The notes under the pieces: model-generated | Database searches by the model: none | What the model was told of the DNA's origin: nothing | Seen by the model: only the letters and a program-made list of their open reading frames with translations | In this document: piece after piece, positions 12,940 through 23,382 of the stretch | How positions within the stretch are numbered: the first letter of the stretch is position 1 | Layout of the letters: each line of letters opens with the position of its first letter | Assembly: GCF_006345805.1 (NCBI RefSeq) | Contig: NC_042997.1 | Coordinates: forward strand, 202,678,001-202,742,000 | DNA length: 64,000 nucleotides | From: Octopus sinensis | Lineage: Eukaryota | Direction: 5' to 3' | Translations under genes and position numbers: made by a program

Positions 12940-13135
12940 TAGCTACTGCACGCATTTTTTTTCTCTCCTTCTTTCTGTGTTTTTCTCTCTCTGTGTATCT
13001 TTCTGTTGAAGAGCGTAGGCTCGAAACGTTAAAGACTTGTTTTATTTATATTTCCTGAGCGCCATACTAATACAATTGTTCGTTTGTTTTCCACCTGCCT
13101 TCGTCTTTTGTTTATTTTCATAAAGCTTCCCGTTA
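12940..13135 (+). mobile_element. Non-autonomous repeat carrying the A6U hammerhead motif
   Basis: Aligns over about 170 bp with the inverted copy at 18690-18865 (shared ttttttctctcctt, ttcctgagcg..atactaatac, ccacctg.cttcgtcttttg). Confidence 0.75.
12998..13035 (+). ncRNA. Minimal type-I hammerhead-like motif (CUGUUGA core variant)
   Basis: UCUUU-CUGUUGA-A-GAGC(GUAG)GCUC-GAAAC-GUU/AAAGA: 5-bp stem I, 4-bp stem II, palindromic AACGUU in place of stem III. Confidence 0.6.
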
Positions 13136-13147
13136 TATATATATATA

Positions 13148-13626
13148 ACGGCCACGATCGGATGGTGTTGGGGACGTAACAAACACCATCCGATCGTGGC
13201 CGTCCGCCAGCCTCATCTGGCACCTGTGTCGGTGGCACATAAAAACACCATCCGAGCGTGGCCGTCTGCCAGCCTCGTCTGGCACCTGCCAGCTCATCTG
13301 GCACCTGTGTCGGTGGCACATAAAAACACCATCCGAGCGTGGCCGTCTGCCAGCCTCGTCTGGCACCTGTGTCGGTGGCACATAAAAAAACACCATCCGA
13401 GCGTGGCCGTTCGCCAGCCTCGTCTGGCACCTGTGTCGGTGGCACATAAAATCACCCACTACACTCTCGGAGTGGTTGGCGTTAGGAAGGGCATCCAGCT
13501 GTAGAAACACTGCCAGATCTGACTGGCCTGGTGCAGCCTTCGGGCTCCCCAGACCCCAGTTGAACCGTCCAACCCATGCTAGCATGGAAAACGGACGCTA
13601 AATGATGATGATGATGATGATGATGA
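13148..13626 (+). mobile_element. Young RTE-LINE 3' end with about 62-bp internal tandem repeats, 5' inversion and (GAT)n tail
   Basis: CpG-rich, near-identical repeat units starting at about 13183, 13245, 13326 and 13390; inserted in (TA)n. Confidence 0.8.
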
Positions 13627-13665
13627 TATATATATGTGTGTGTGTGTGTGTGTATACATATATAT

Positions 13666-13696
<31 letters not shown>

Positions 13697-13703
13697 CATA
13701 CAT

Positions 13704-13753
<50 letters not shown>

Positions 13754-13765
13754 ATACATATATAT

Positions 13766-13796
<31 letters not shown>

Positions 13797-13803
13797 CATA
13801 CAT

Positions 13804-13853
<50 letters not shown>

Positions 13854-13870
13854 ATACATATATATATACA

Positions 13871-13942
<72 letters not shown>

Positions 13943-13958
13943 GTGTATACATATATAT

Positions 13959-13989
<31 letters not shown>

Positions 13990-13996
13990 CATACAT

Positions 13997-14044
<48 letters not shown>

Positions 14045-14088
14045 ATACATATATATACATACATACATACATACATATATACATACAT

Positions 14089-14132
<44 letters not shown>

Positions 14133-14244
14133 ATACATATATATACATACATACATACATACATATATACATACATATACATACATATATATATATATAT
14201 ATATAATATATATATATATATATGTGTGTGTGTATACATATAAT

Positions 14245-14275
<31 letters not shown>

Positions 14276-14282
14276 CATACAT

Positions 14283-14330
<48 letters not shown>

Positions 14331-14376
14331 ATACATATATATATACATACATACATACATACATATATACATACAT

Positions 14377-14440
<64 letters not shown>

Positions 14441-14460
14441 TATTATATATACACTATATT
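13627..14460. repeat. Higher-order compound microsatellite [(TA)n(TG)n(TACA)n], about 12 units of 60-70 bp
   Basis: Directly visible; generates the spurious YI/HT/VC ORFs. Confidence 0.95.
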
Positions 14461-14694
14461 AACAAACTGTATTTTATTACCATGTAATTGGCTTGTTTAG
14501 TTAGTGTCATCATTATCTTTTCACCGACAGACATGCTCCCTGCTTGGCATAGGGTAGATCAGTCAGGGTCCGCATAAAATTTGTTGTTAAAATTTATGTG
14601 CAATAAATTGGTTCTACTTCTAAAAATATTTAAATTTTTGTTTACAATTCCTAATATTTAATTATAAAAATACAGTAAGGTTTTTTTATATAGG

Positions 14695-15062
14695 CACAGG
14701 GGTGGCTGTGTGGTAAGAAGCTTGCATCCTAACCACATGGTTCTGGGCTCAGTTCCACTGCATGGCCTCTTGGGCAAGTGTCTTCTACTATAGCCTTGGG
14801 CCAACCAAAGCCTTGTGAGTGGATTTGGTACACGGAAACTGAAAGCAGCCCGGTGTGTGTGTATTTGTGTGTCTGCTTGTCGCCCCATCACTTGAGAACC
14901 GATGTTAAAGTGTTCGTGTCCCTGTAACATAGCGGTTCAGCAAAAAAAAAAAAACCTATAGGATAAGTACTAGGCTTACAAAGAATGAGTCCTGGGGTTG
15001 ATTTGTTTGACTAAAGGCGGTGCTCCTGCATGGCCACAGTCAAATGACTGAAACCAGTAAAA
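14695..15062 (+). mobile_element. tRNA-derived SINE (ggctgtgtggtaagaagcttgc family), near full length
   Basis: A/B-box-like head and TTGGGCAAGTGTCTTCTAC core; about 10 further copies, e.g. 1800, 8845, 10650, 30870, 47930, 50580, 56650 and 62060. Confidence 0.8.
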
Positions 15063-15241
15063 AAAAATAATAGAATATACATCAAATGGTTATGGAGGTC
15101 CAGCAGAGTAAAGTTGGGATAAAAAGGGTCCAGTGGTAAAAAAATGGTTGAGAACCACTGGGTTAGATAGAGAGTGTTGTTATACAAATATTATTGAAGC
15201 ATATTTCTGACTGGGTTTTTAAAAAACTTTTTCTCTCTCAG

Positions 15242-15332
15242 GCAAACACAGTGGGATCTCCCAAAATGGGACCAAAGTGATCAAGATGATATGGATCTGG
15301 GAACACCAACTCACGATGAACCACAAAACAAG
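15242..15332 (+). CDS. SETD2: SETD2 exon, end of WW domain (QTQWDLPKW...DLGTPTHDEPQNK)
   Basis: ctctcag acceptor, aag|gtatat donor; not in the ORF track (short) but matches SETD2 RQTQWDPP...DLGTPTYDE. Confidence 0.93.
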
Positions 15333-15435
15333 GTATATAAATAAACATCGTTCAATTCATTTCTGTATTTGAGAGATGAGGAATTATGTACATTATTTAC
15401 ATTTGACGGATATTTGTCCTCATCTTGTTTGTTGT

Positions 15436-15483
15436 AAGCACAATGTTTCTGCTGATGTACTCTCCAGCCTTCATCAGGTGTCC
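15436..15483 (-). ncRNA. Degenerate minimal hammerhead motif in SINE tail
   Basis: GGACAC-CUGAUGA-A-GGCUG...CAGCA-GAAAC-AUU/GUGCUU; canonical core with a few mismatches. Confidence 0.5.
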
Positions 15484-15706
15484 TGGGGGAATTTCGAACC
15501 TGGGTTCTCATTCCTAAGGTATTTTTCTGATGTTGTTATTATTCAGGTCACTGCCTGGAATCGAACTCGAAATTTTGTGGTTAGTAGCCCGTGCTCTTAA
15601 CCACAAGATTCTGAGTTCAATTCCAGGCAGTGACCTAAGTAATAATAATAATAATAACATCGGGAAAATACCTTGTGAATGAGAACCCAGGTTCGAAATT
15701 CCCCCA

Positions 15707-15752
15707 GGACACCTGATGAAGGCTGGAGGGTGCATCAGCTGAAACTTGTCAA
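15707..15752 (+). ncRNA. Degenerate minimal hammerhead motif in SINE tail
   Basis: CUGAUGA at 15713-15719, GGCUG/CAGCU stem II, GAAAC at 15741-15745; stem I 3' strand disrupted. Confidence 0.4.
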
Positions 15753-17774
15753 CAACAAACAAGATGAGGACAAATATCCATCAAATGTAAATAATGGTCA
15801 TTCACTTCCTCTCTCTCTTTCTCACTCTGTCTCTCTGCCTGTGACTTGTTATAGGGTCTCTAAAACTGGTAGGAGGTGAGAGGAAGTATCCTCATGTCTC
15901 CATGTCTACTCTGGCTTGATGTCGTTCCTAATGCCAACCATTTTACAGTGTGTACTGGGTGTTTGGGTTTTTTTTTTTCATAGCACCAACATTATTGAGG
16001 GAGTGTGAATGAAGATGGTGGGAGGAGGGACAACTGGTTCTTGTAGAGGAGCTGCAAAGAGATAAATAGTGGGGGTATCCAGATGACCCCCTGAAGGTGA
16101 GAGGTGAGTAGAAGTGGGAGGGGGAAGTTTGGTAGATTGTATGGGGGGGAAAGGAGGTGAGGGAATGAGAGGGGGGAAGTAGCAGCTGTAAATATTGGAA
16201 GGGATTGAAGGGTGGTAGTAGGAGTGGTTGATGACTAATGAGTTGGCAAAGGCAAAGGATGCAGAAAAGATTGGGTAGGCTGCAGGAGTGGAGGTTGGGA
16301 AGGAGGGTAGGGAATGATGAGATAATTTAGTTAGTGGGAATTAATCAATGTAATTAGTGGGTGGAAAGAACAATATTAGAATGACCGACAAGTAAAATGG
16401 TACAGGTCACAGATAAAAGATGAGTGGGGAAGGGGTAATATGAGAAGGAGATAGGGTGAGGTGCCTATTTGTGCTTCTGTGCACACACACACACACACAC
16501 TGCTTTCAGAACTCATTTTTGCTGAGGTGGACTTTTTGAGGACCGTGCATTGCTAGTCATTTCAGTCCTTTATCATTTCGTCTGTGAGGTTTAGCATTTT
16601 GAGGTCAGTCTTCACCACTTTATCCAATGTCTTCTTGTGCTCCTTTGTCCACAAGTTCAATTGGCACTTCTGCATACTGCTGTCCTCATTCATAGATCCC
16701 ATATATATATCATCATCATTTAACGTTTGCTTTCCATGCTAGCATGGGTTGGATGGTTTGACTGAGGTTTGGCAAGCCATTGGGCTGCACCAGGCTCCAA
16801 TCTGATCTGGCAAGGTTTTTACAGCTGGATACCCTTCCTAATGTCAACCACTCCAAGAGTGTAGTAGGTGATTTTTACGTGCCACTTGCATGGGAGCCAG
16901 TCAGGCAGCACTGGCATTGAATATATATGAGAGAGAAAAAGGGAGACCTTACCTCTCCTTTGTTGTATCTTCTGTTATCTAACAATGCTATTTGCATTTT
17001 AGTTCTTTAATTAATTATGGACTTAAATATGAAATTGATGTTATTATTCTAAAGCAAGTTTAAGAATAACAGAAGATTTACTGATAGTGGTTGTTGACTC
17101 AAAACTGAGAGTAGAATCAAATTCATTGTTAAATTCCTGTTGACTGGGACTTACTCTCTCAAACCTGAGCCTTTGTATCTAACTACCCTCCACCTAGGGT
17201 CTTCAGCAGAAAATAAATAAATAGTTGCACACACAGCTCAAGAGTAGCGATTGCAAGCAAACTAATAGGCAAGATTAAAAAAAATTTCAAGGGAATAACA
17301 ATAATTAGCCCATCTCTCAACTACCATATTTGTTCACCCAAATTGCTACTTTCCTCATCACTTTCACCAGTTTAATTGTGCAAAATACTCTCGTTGCTGG
17401 TATAAGTGTAAACTCTTTGTCCAAAGAATAAATAATTTTCCTCAACTCCAAAGAGTCTAGGCTTTGCTTGTTTTCAAGACAAAACAAGGTAAACAACAGC
17501 TTTGGGATACATTATTAGCAGTGAGTCCTAAACACACTTGATTACAAAGCTGCAATGTAGTCAGTTGTGTAATTTTAATATTGTATCTTTCTCCGTGTGT
17601 TATTCATAACCGCTTTACCAAGAATCCAGCTGAGGTGACATTCCCACTATGACAGAGACACACCATGACAGGGTTAAATTTCACTTGAGTGCTTATTCAA
17701 CTAGTTGACTGTATGTTTTCTGTTTTGTCAATACATTTTAATGTAGTGGGTAGACTTCTGATTTATTTTTTCAG

Positions 17775-17858
17775 TCAAAAAGAAAAGCCACAACCACAGC
17801 AGCAGCTGATACTTCCAGTGAACTTGCCAAAAGAAGCAAGGAAGCATTCCGCAATAAG
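17775..17858 (+). CDS. SETD2: SETD2 exon, start of SRI domain (SKRKATTTAAADTSSELAKRSKEAFRNK)
   Basis: ttttcag acceptor, aag|gtaagt donor; ADTSSELAK motif. Confidence 0.95.
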
Positions 17859-18002
17859 GTAAGTTGCATCTCTATTTGAATTCTGCTATTACCTCTCCTG
17901 ATTTAAAAACTGAAGATCAATTTTTTTTTTTTAAATATGTGGGAATTTTAATTGCCTTTTTCTCATATTTTCTGATTTTTCTCTCTTCCTTTCTTATCCC
18001 AG

Positions 18003-18104
18003 ATGTCCCAATGGATTGTTGCCTGCTTGAATCCCTATCGGAAACCAGATTGTAGACTCGGTCGAATATCTAGCACAGATGACTTCAAGCATTTGGCAAG
18101 AAAG
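18003..18104 (+). CDS. SETD2: SETD2 exon, SRI domain (MSQWIVACLNPYRKPDCRLGRISSTDDFKHLARK)
   Basis: Strong SRI signature; cccag acceptor; aag|gtatgc donor. Confidence 0.97.
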
Positions 18105-18131
18105 GTATGCATTGTTATTATCTCTACACCC

Positions 18132-18208
<77 letters not shown>

Positions 18209-18211
18209 CTC

Positions 18212-18260
<49 letters not shown>

Positions 18261-18689
18261 ATAATGTTAATGGTAAATGAGAGTTCATACAGCAGTTGCA
18301 GTGCTGTAAGACGCATAGATACTTTCCTACAACACAGGTCCAGTTTGAAGTTGTCCTTTCAACCTGCAGAAATCATTGGAGAGCCATTCCTGTAGATTCC
18401 TCCATTGAAACACCACATGGGCTTTCTTTTGTCTCATAACAAGCAGATTGAATTATTGAAATAAGCAACATTGTGTGTGTGTATTGGTGTTGGGTGGAGT
18501 GACTAAACAGTTTCTCTTTGCACAAACTATTACTACCACCCCATAACTGTATGCTTGACCACAGTATCAACAAAAATACTAGTTGAGCACTGGGGCCAAT
18601 GTAATCAACTTAACCCCTCACCTGAAATTGCTGGCCACATACCAAAATTTGAAACTGATATTACAAAATTGAACAGTCTTTTGGATACT

Positions 18690-18865
18690 AGGGAGAGTTT
18701 ACGAAAAAAACAAAAGACGAAGACAGGTGGTGTACAAAACAAACAGATGTATTAGTATAACGCTCAGGAATAGAAAAAGTCTTTTACGTTTCGAGCCTAT
18801 GCTCTTCTACAGAAAGGGATACAGAAAAAACAAGGAGAGAAAAAAATGTGTGTAGTGAACCAGCA
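18690..18865 (-). mobile_element. Second copy of the A6U-hammerhead repeat
   Basis: Reverse complement aligns with 12940-13135. Confidence 0.75.
18780..18817 (-). ncRNA. Minimal type-I hammerhead-like motif (CUGUAGA core variant)
   Basis: CUUU-CUGUAGA-A-GAGC(AUAG)GCUC-GAAAC-GUA/AAAG; same repeat family as 12998-13035. Confidence 0.55.
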
Positions 18866-19044
18866 TTAGTACAAGCATGGTATAAAGTAATGGTTTGGAA
18901 ATGGTCATTATTGCCATGAAAATGTGGCTATCATAATCGATCCATGTATATTCCTAAAGTTTATGAATTAATACTATCATCATTTGAAATATTTGCTTTG
19001 TGTAAATAATCTACAAATATTTATTTTTCTGTTTCTTTTGTCAG

Positions 19045-19209
19045 TTAACTCACCATGTGATGGCCAAGGAGTTGAAACATTGTAAACATCCTGAAGATTT
19101 AGAAGTCAATGAAAATGTAAAAGCAAAGGCAAAAGACTATATTAAAAAATACATGTGTAAGTTTGGAGCCAATTATAAAAAAGCCCAATCACCTACACCA
19201 GATGATTGA
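19045..19209 (+). CDS. SETD2: SETD2 last coding exon (LTHHVMAKELKHC...KYMCKFGANYKKAQSPTPDD*)
   Basis: ttttgtcag acceptor; SRI C-terminal half; TGA at 19207-19209. Confidence 0.97.
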   Translation, partial: LTHHVMAKELKHCKHPEDLEVNENVKAKAKDYIKKYMCKFGANYKKAQSPTPDD

Positions 19210-21390
19210 AGACATTTTGTTGGTTAGCATCTACATTTCACATGGGAATTTTTATCATTGTCACTTATGATATATACTAACAACTTGGTGCTGTTCCCTT
19301 AGCTTTGTTCGAAAGCTTTGAACACTACATGAATGTAAACACCTGACAAGAGGAAGAGTTTTAATTTATCATCTGGTTTGTTAAGTTACCTCCTCCAATT
19401 AGGAAAACGCACAAATCTATCTTTCCTCTTTCCGTCCTATGGACGTAACTGACGTGACAATAGGGCTAGTTGTGAAAAGAAACAAATTTTCATGAAACTC
19501 CCTGCAAAGAAAATCCAATGAAATCATTGTAAATTGATTTTCATTAACGATCTCAAGTGCATTTCATAACAGTATACACACACATATTATATGCATTTAG
19601 AGGTTAAGTCTCCACTGTTTGTTGGCGTTTCTGTTTTTTTTTTTCTTTGTTTTATTTTCCTTGATGTCCTGGCTGTCGTTCTGTGTAAACAGCATTGAGA
19701 CACTGTACATAGAAAGTGAATGGGACCATGGGAAATCTTCCCTTCTAACAAGCCAAATAGCAGTTCCCTGAAACTGAGGAAAAGCAGGCAGGCAGGGATG
19801 GGGAGGCTATCTTCTGACTCAGTTCTCATTCAACTTCCATTCCATCAACCGTAATTCTTTCACCTTTCCTTTCTCATTTTTTTTACTTTTTTTAATTTAC
19901 ATGCCATAAATAGTTGAATGAAGTTGGATTACACTTGTTCCTTGTTTTTAAATATGCATACACTTCTAAGTTATTCAATTATCAAATTACCTATTTGGTA
20001 CCCATAATTTTACCTGCTTAATGTTTACGAACAGTGTATGCTGATCTCACTTTACCTAAAGGGACACACTCATCCTTAAACAAGCAGTGAATCAATAGCT
20101 TCACTGGTCAAGAATCCCTTCTGCTGACAATAAAATGCTATCATTTCAAAAATTGGTCATATTAAAAATGTCTTTATCTCTGAAAGAGTTTAAGATTTAA
20201 AACATTTTTATTCAATGTTTTACCACTATGTGGCTACTATTTATGTTCAAAATTTGCTAAGTATTTTATCAATGAAATTTTTAAATTGTAAATTTTCTTT
20301 ATTACAAGAATTCATTGTAAAATAAGCCTAATCATGTTTTAATGAAATCATTTTTTTTAATTAATTAATTAATTTCAAACACAAAAGCGGGGGTTAGAAT
20401 ATTTGTAAATCCTGCCATCATTCTTTTTAGCATTGTTTTTTTTTTTTAATACATCATGGAAATTAATTAATTTTTTTTTTTTTTAAACAAAACCATTTTA
20501 AAAACTGTGAATGTGGAGACAATACTGATATTATTGGGTGCTCTGAATTCTTTAAAATATATTAGATAATCAATTTGCATTCAGAACTTTCAACAACAAA
20601 TCACTGAATTTTACCTCCAACTAAGATCTAATAGGAGTTTTTTAGTTTAATGCATCTGATGGGTTAATATATGAAGAAAAAAAAAGGTCTGATATAGATA
20701 TATATGTATATATATGTATGTATATATAGATATATAATGAGAGAATATTTTCCAACTGCCTCTGTAGAGTTCTTTCTACGATCCATTGAGGTAATCACAA
20801 GGTATCTAGCAACAGGATTTTGTTTTTAACACATAAACTGATTCACAAAATACAGCGTTGTTACAGCCTTTTATGCTAATCTAACAGTTATATTTTTCAA
20901 AACTGTGAAGAAACCGTTCATCTACATTGGTAAAAAAAAAAGAAAAAAGCAACAAAAAACGTAGCTATGGCAGCAGATACTTGTTAATGTAAATGTTAAA
21001 ACAGTTATTTATTAAACTATGAACTGGTATTAAAAGAGATGAACCAATTGTGTAATTTATCCCATTTTTTTTTTATCTTTATTTTTTAGATTTTTATTTT
21101 TTTTGTTATTGTGTTTTGGTTGAAATAAATAGTTAACAGATAACATTGTCATTTATTTATCTATTAATTACTACAAGTAAAAGACACAATGTTTTCGATA
21201 TGTGCCATCTCATCAAATGTTTTATCGAACATCCCTACTACTAACACGTAACTTTAATGCATGCATACCAGTGAGAAATGCATTTAGATGGAAAATGCTT
21301 TATTTTTAGTTTTCAACCTATTTATGGACATAGCTACTTGTTTCTGATTATGTAAATACACGAATAAAGCATACCGAAGAACTAGTCGGA
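19210..21390 (+). other. SETD2: Probable SETD2 3' UTR (about 2.2 kb)
   Basis: AT/U-rich, no recognisable TE; AATAAA at 21363-21368 followed by GT-rich sequence. The end point is inferred, and other AATAAA sites exist upstream. Confidence 0.4.
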
Positions 21391-22087
21391 TCTGTGTTGA
21401 TTTTACATTGAAAATATCTTCTAATAATTTGCAAATGTATCAATGTAATTCAAGAGAACCATTCCACTATGAAATCTTGTAAATTAAAAGAAATAACATT
21501 TTATTTTTTTTGTTTTTTTATCTTCCTCTCTCTCATTATTGTAACTTCATATTTAATAAGAGTTCACTTATGTTTACCACTTGTTTTATAGTCTTATTTC
21601 CTCCTGCTCTCTCCATGGAGCCCTGGGCGACTCATTTCTCTTGTAATTTTGAGTTCTGAAGGCAAGGTCACTCGGCTCAAACTCAATTACTCTTTCTTTC
21701 TCACCGTAGGCCTAGGATGTTGGAAGTCGAGGAGAAGGCATTCATAATTCTGCCTAGGGGTCCCATTATACATACTCTCTGCCAGGACCAGCAGAATGTG
21801 GAACATATGTAAAGTAGGGTTGTCATGTGTTTTAGATAATTGTCACTACCCACGCTATTTACTGTGACATTGCTTACAAGTTTCACAACTCAAAGAAATG
21901 TTTAGTTTGATATATTAAATATAGTTGGCTTACACTGAACTGTAGCTTTAAACATTATTTGAAATAATATTTCTGATATTTTTATCGTAACAGTGATCGA
22001 GAGGGGGGAAAATGAAGGCAGTGTTTGATACAGCAGTAAATAAAAACAGAGTTAGACACTCATTAGCCACCCTTTAACTGTCTTTAA

Positions 22088-22292
22088 CCCTTTTGTTATA
22101 ACATTTCTGTTGAAGTACACTTTGTTTCAGTTAATAATGGAAATAAAGTAACTTAGTGATTATTAAGTTGGTATTTGAAGCATAAATTAACATGACATCC
22201 TTGTGCAAGGTTTTAATTAGCATCACTTTTAAACAAGAAGTATGTATTGTAGGACCAGGGATGACTTCAAATGGGGGTTGTTATGAAAAGGG
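22088..22292 (-). mobile_element. piggyBac-type MITE, family B
   Basis: TTAA-CCCTTTT...AAAAGGG-TTAA; related copies at about 30021-30243 (nested in a SINE) and about 33539-33680 (truncated). Confidence 0.75.
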
Positions 22293-23018
22293 TTAAAATG
22301 CATCAGTGGCCAGAAAGAAAAAAGACAAGATCTGCATATCATCAATACACCTGAAAATATCTTAACAAAGTAGTTGAAATTTGATAAGATTTTATACATG
22401 CATAAAACTACAGCTGTAACTCAAGTGTATAGTGACTTGGTAGCATATATCATACTTTTGCTAATGGTTTTAGATGACTAGGAGACAAACGTAGACTGCC
22501 TCTCAACCCTACCAGCTGACTAGTTGGAGGGAGAGAGGTCCGCACCAGTACTTGGCTGGTATTAATTTACTAATTTTCTTCTGAGTTAATTGAAGCAATG
22601 TGAAAAGAAGTGCCTTGTTCGGTGAGATATTCTGAAGGATAGCCATTGAATTGTTCACAGTAGCATTTCCCTATTGCTACTTAGAAGAAAAAATTGGCCA
22701 TCACTTTGCAAGCAAGCATAACCAAGTAGCTTGTACCACACTTTCACTAATTGTTTTAGGTATCTGAGTAGTTACAAGTTAACATAGACCTCCTCTTAAC
22801 CCATCCTCCCTTGGACCCAGTACAATACTGATGATGTGACAAGTGGAGGAAGAAAGAGACTTCGTTCACAGCTGAGTAAACTGGGGCAGCATGAGACGAT
22901 GTGCCTTGCTCAAAGACACCTGCCCAATCTAAAAATCAAACCCACTACCTTAGGATAGCAAATCCATCAGTCTAACAACTAGGCCAAATGCTCTCAGACA
23001 GCTGTCCTTTGCCTATGC

Positions 23019-23134
23019 CAGGGGTCCCCAAACTTTTTAGACCATCGACCCCTTCATGAAATCATTGACCCCCCAGGCATGTACAAGAAAATAAATACGT
23101 AGATGTGCAATATCGACCACTTTGGAGACCCCTG
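23019..23134. mobile_element. 116-bp hAT MITE
   Basis: TIR CAGGGGTCCCCAAA / TTTGGAGACCCCTG; 8-bp TSD gcctatgc/gcctatac. Confidence 0.85.
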
Positions 23135-23256
23135 GCCTATACTGTTATCATTATGAGGGCTTCATGTAGCTTTATTTAGCTGTTTGATTAAATCTTCATA
23201 TCTTTCACCACAAGGACTCTTGTCATCATATCAATGTGACAATATTCCCTCTCATG

Positions 23257-23382
23257 CTACAATTCAAGTTCAGAATTCTTCTTATCCGTGACTTCCTTCT
23301 CTCTCTCTCTACTCATTGGGTAAAGCTCAGCAGCTCCAGGAAACATTTTTACCAAACTTTCATACGTTCTTAGTTTTTGGAC
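23257..23382 (-). CDS. Candidate terminal exon of an unidentified gene (VQKLRTYESLVKMFPGAAELYPMSREREKEVTDKKNSELEL*)
   Basis: gttacag acceptor, 41 open codons then TAG, non-repetitive; no homolog recognised. Confidence 0.4.
   Translation of the reverse strand, partial: VQKLRTYESLVKMFPGAAELYPMSREREKEVTDKKNSELEL

Larger units (their letters stand above)
15391..15796. mobile_element. Head-to-head inverted duplication of a tRNA-headed, hammerhead-tailed SINE (406-bp palindrome)
   Basis: Arms 15391-15583 and 15598-15796, 14-nt loop; the ORF track gives the same peptide on opposite strands (MRTQVRNSPRTPDEGWRVHQ). Confidence 0.9.
803..19209 (+). other. SETD2: SETD2 orthologue, 3' part (12 coding exons; AWS/SET exons lie upstream of the window)
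   Basis: Manual splicing gives phase-consistent exons encoding recognisable SETD2 segments: FLDYHGLPLLWSWM, LKHWSDLKEVFKIPK, KLSKEERRQQFE, WW domain, DLGTPTHDE and the full SRI domain. Total is 2964 nt (987 aa + stop) if one A is restored at 3275-3280. Confidence 0.97.

Noticed and set aside
13183-13450. CRISPR-like regularly spaced repeats
   Set aside because: No unique spacers, eukaryotic context, and the units are RTE 3' UTR tandem repeats
13482-14487. Long ORFs (190-296 aa) on both strands
   Set aside because: They are translations of (TA/TG/CA)n microsatellite; no stops arise because of composition alone
15541-15635. Possible tRNA gene
   Set aside because: No complete cloverleaf or acceptor stem; it is the SINE head at the palindrome centre
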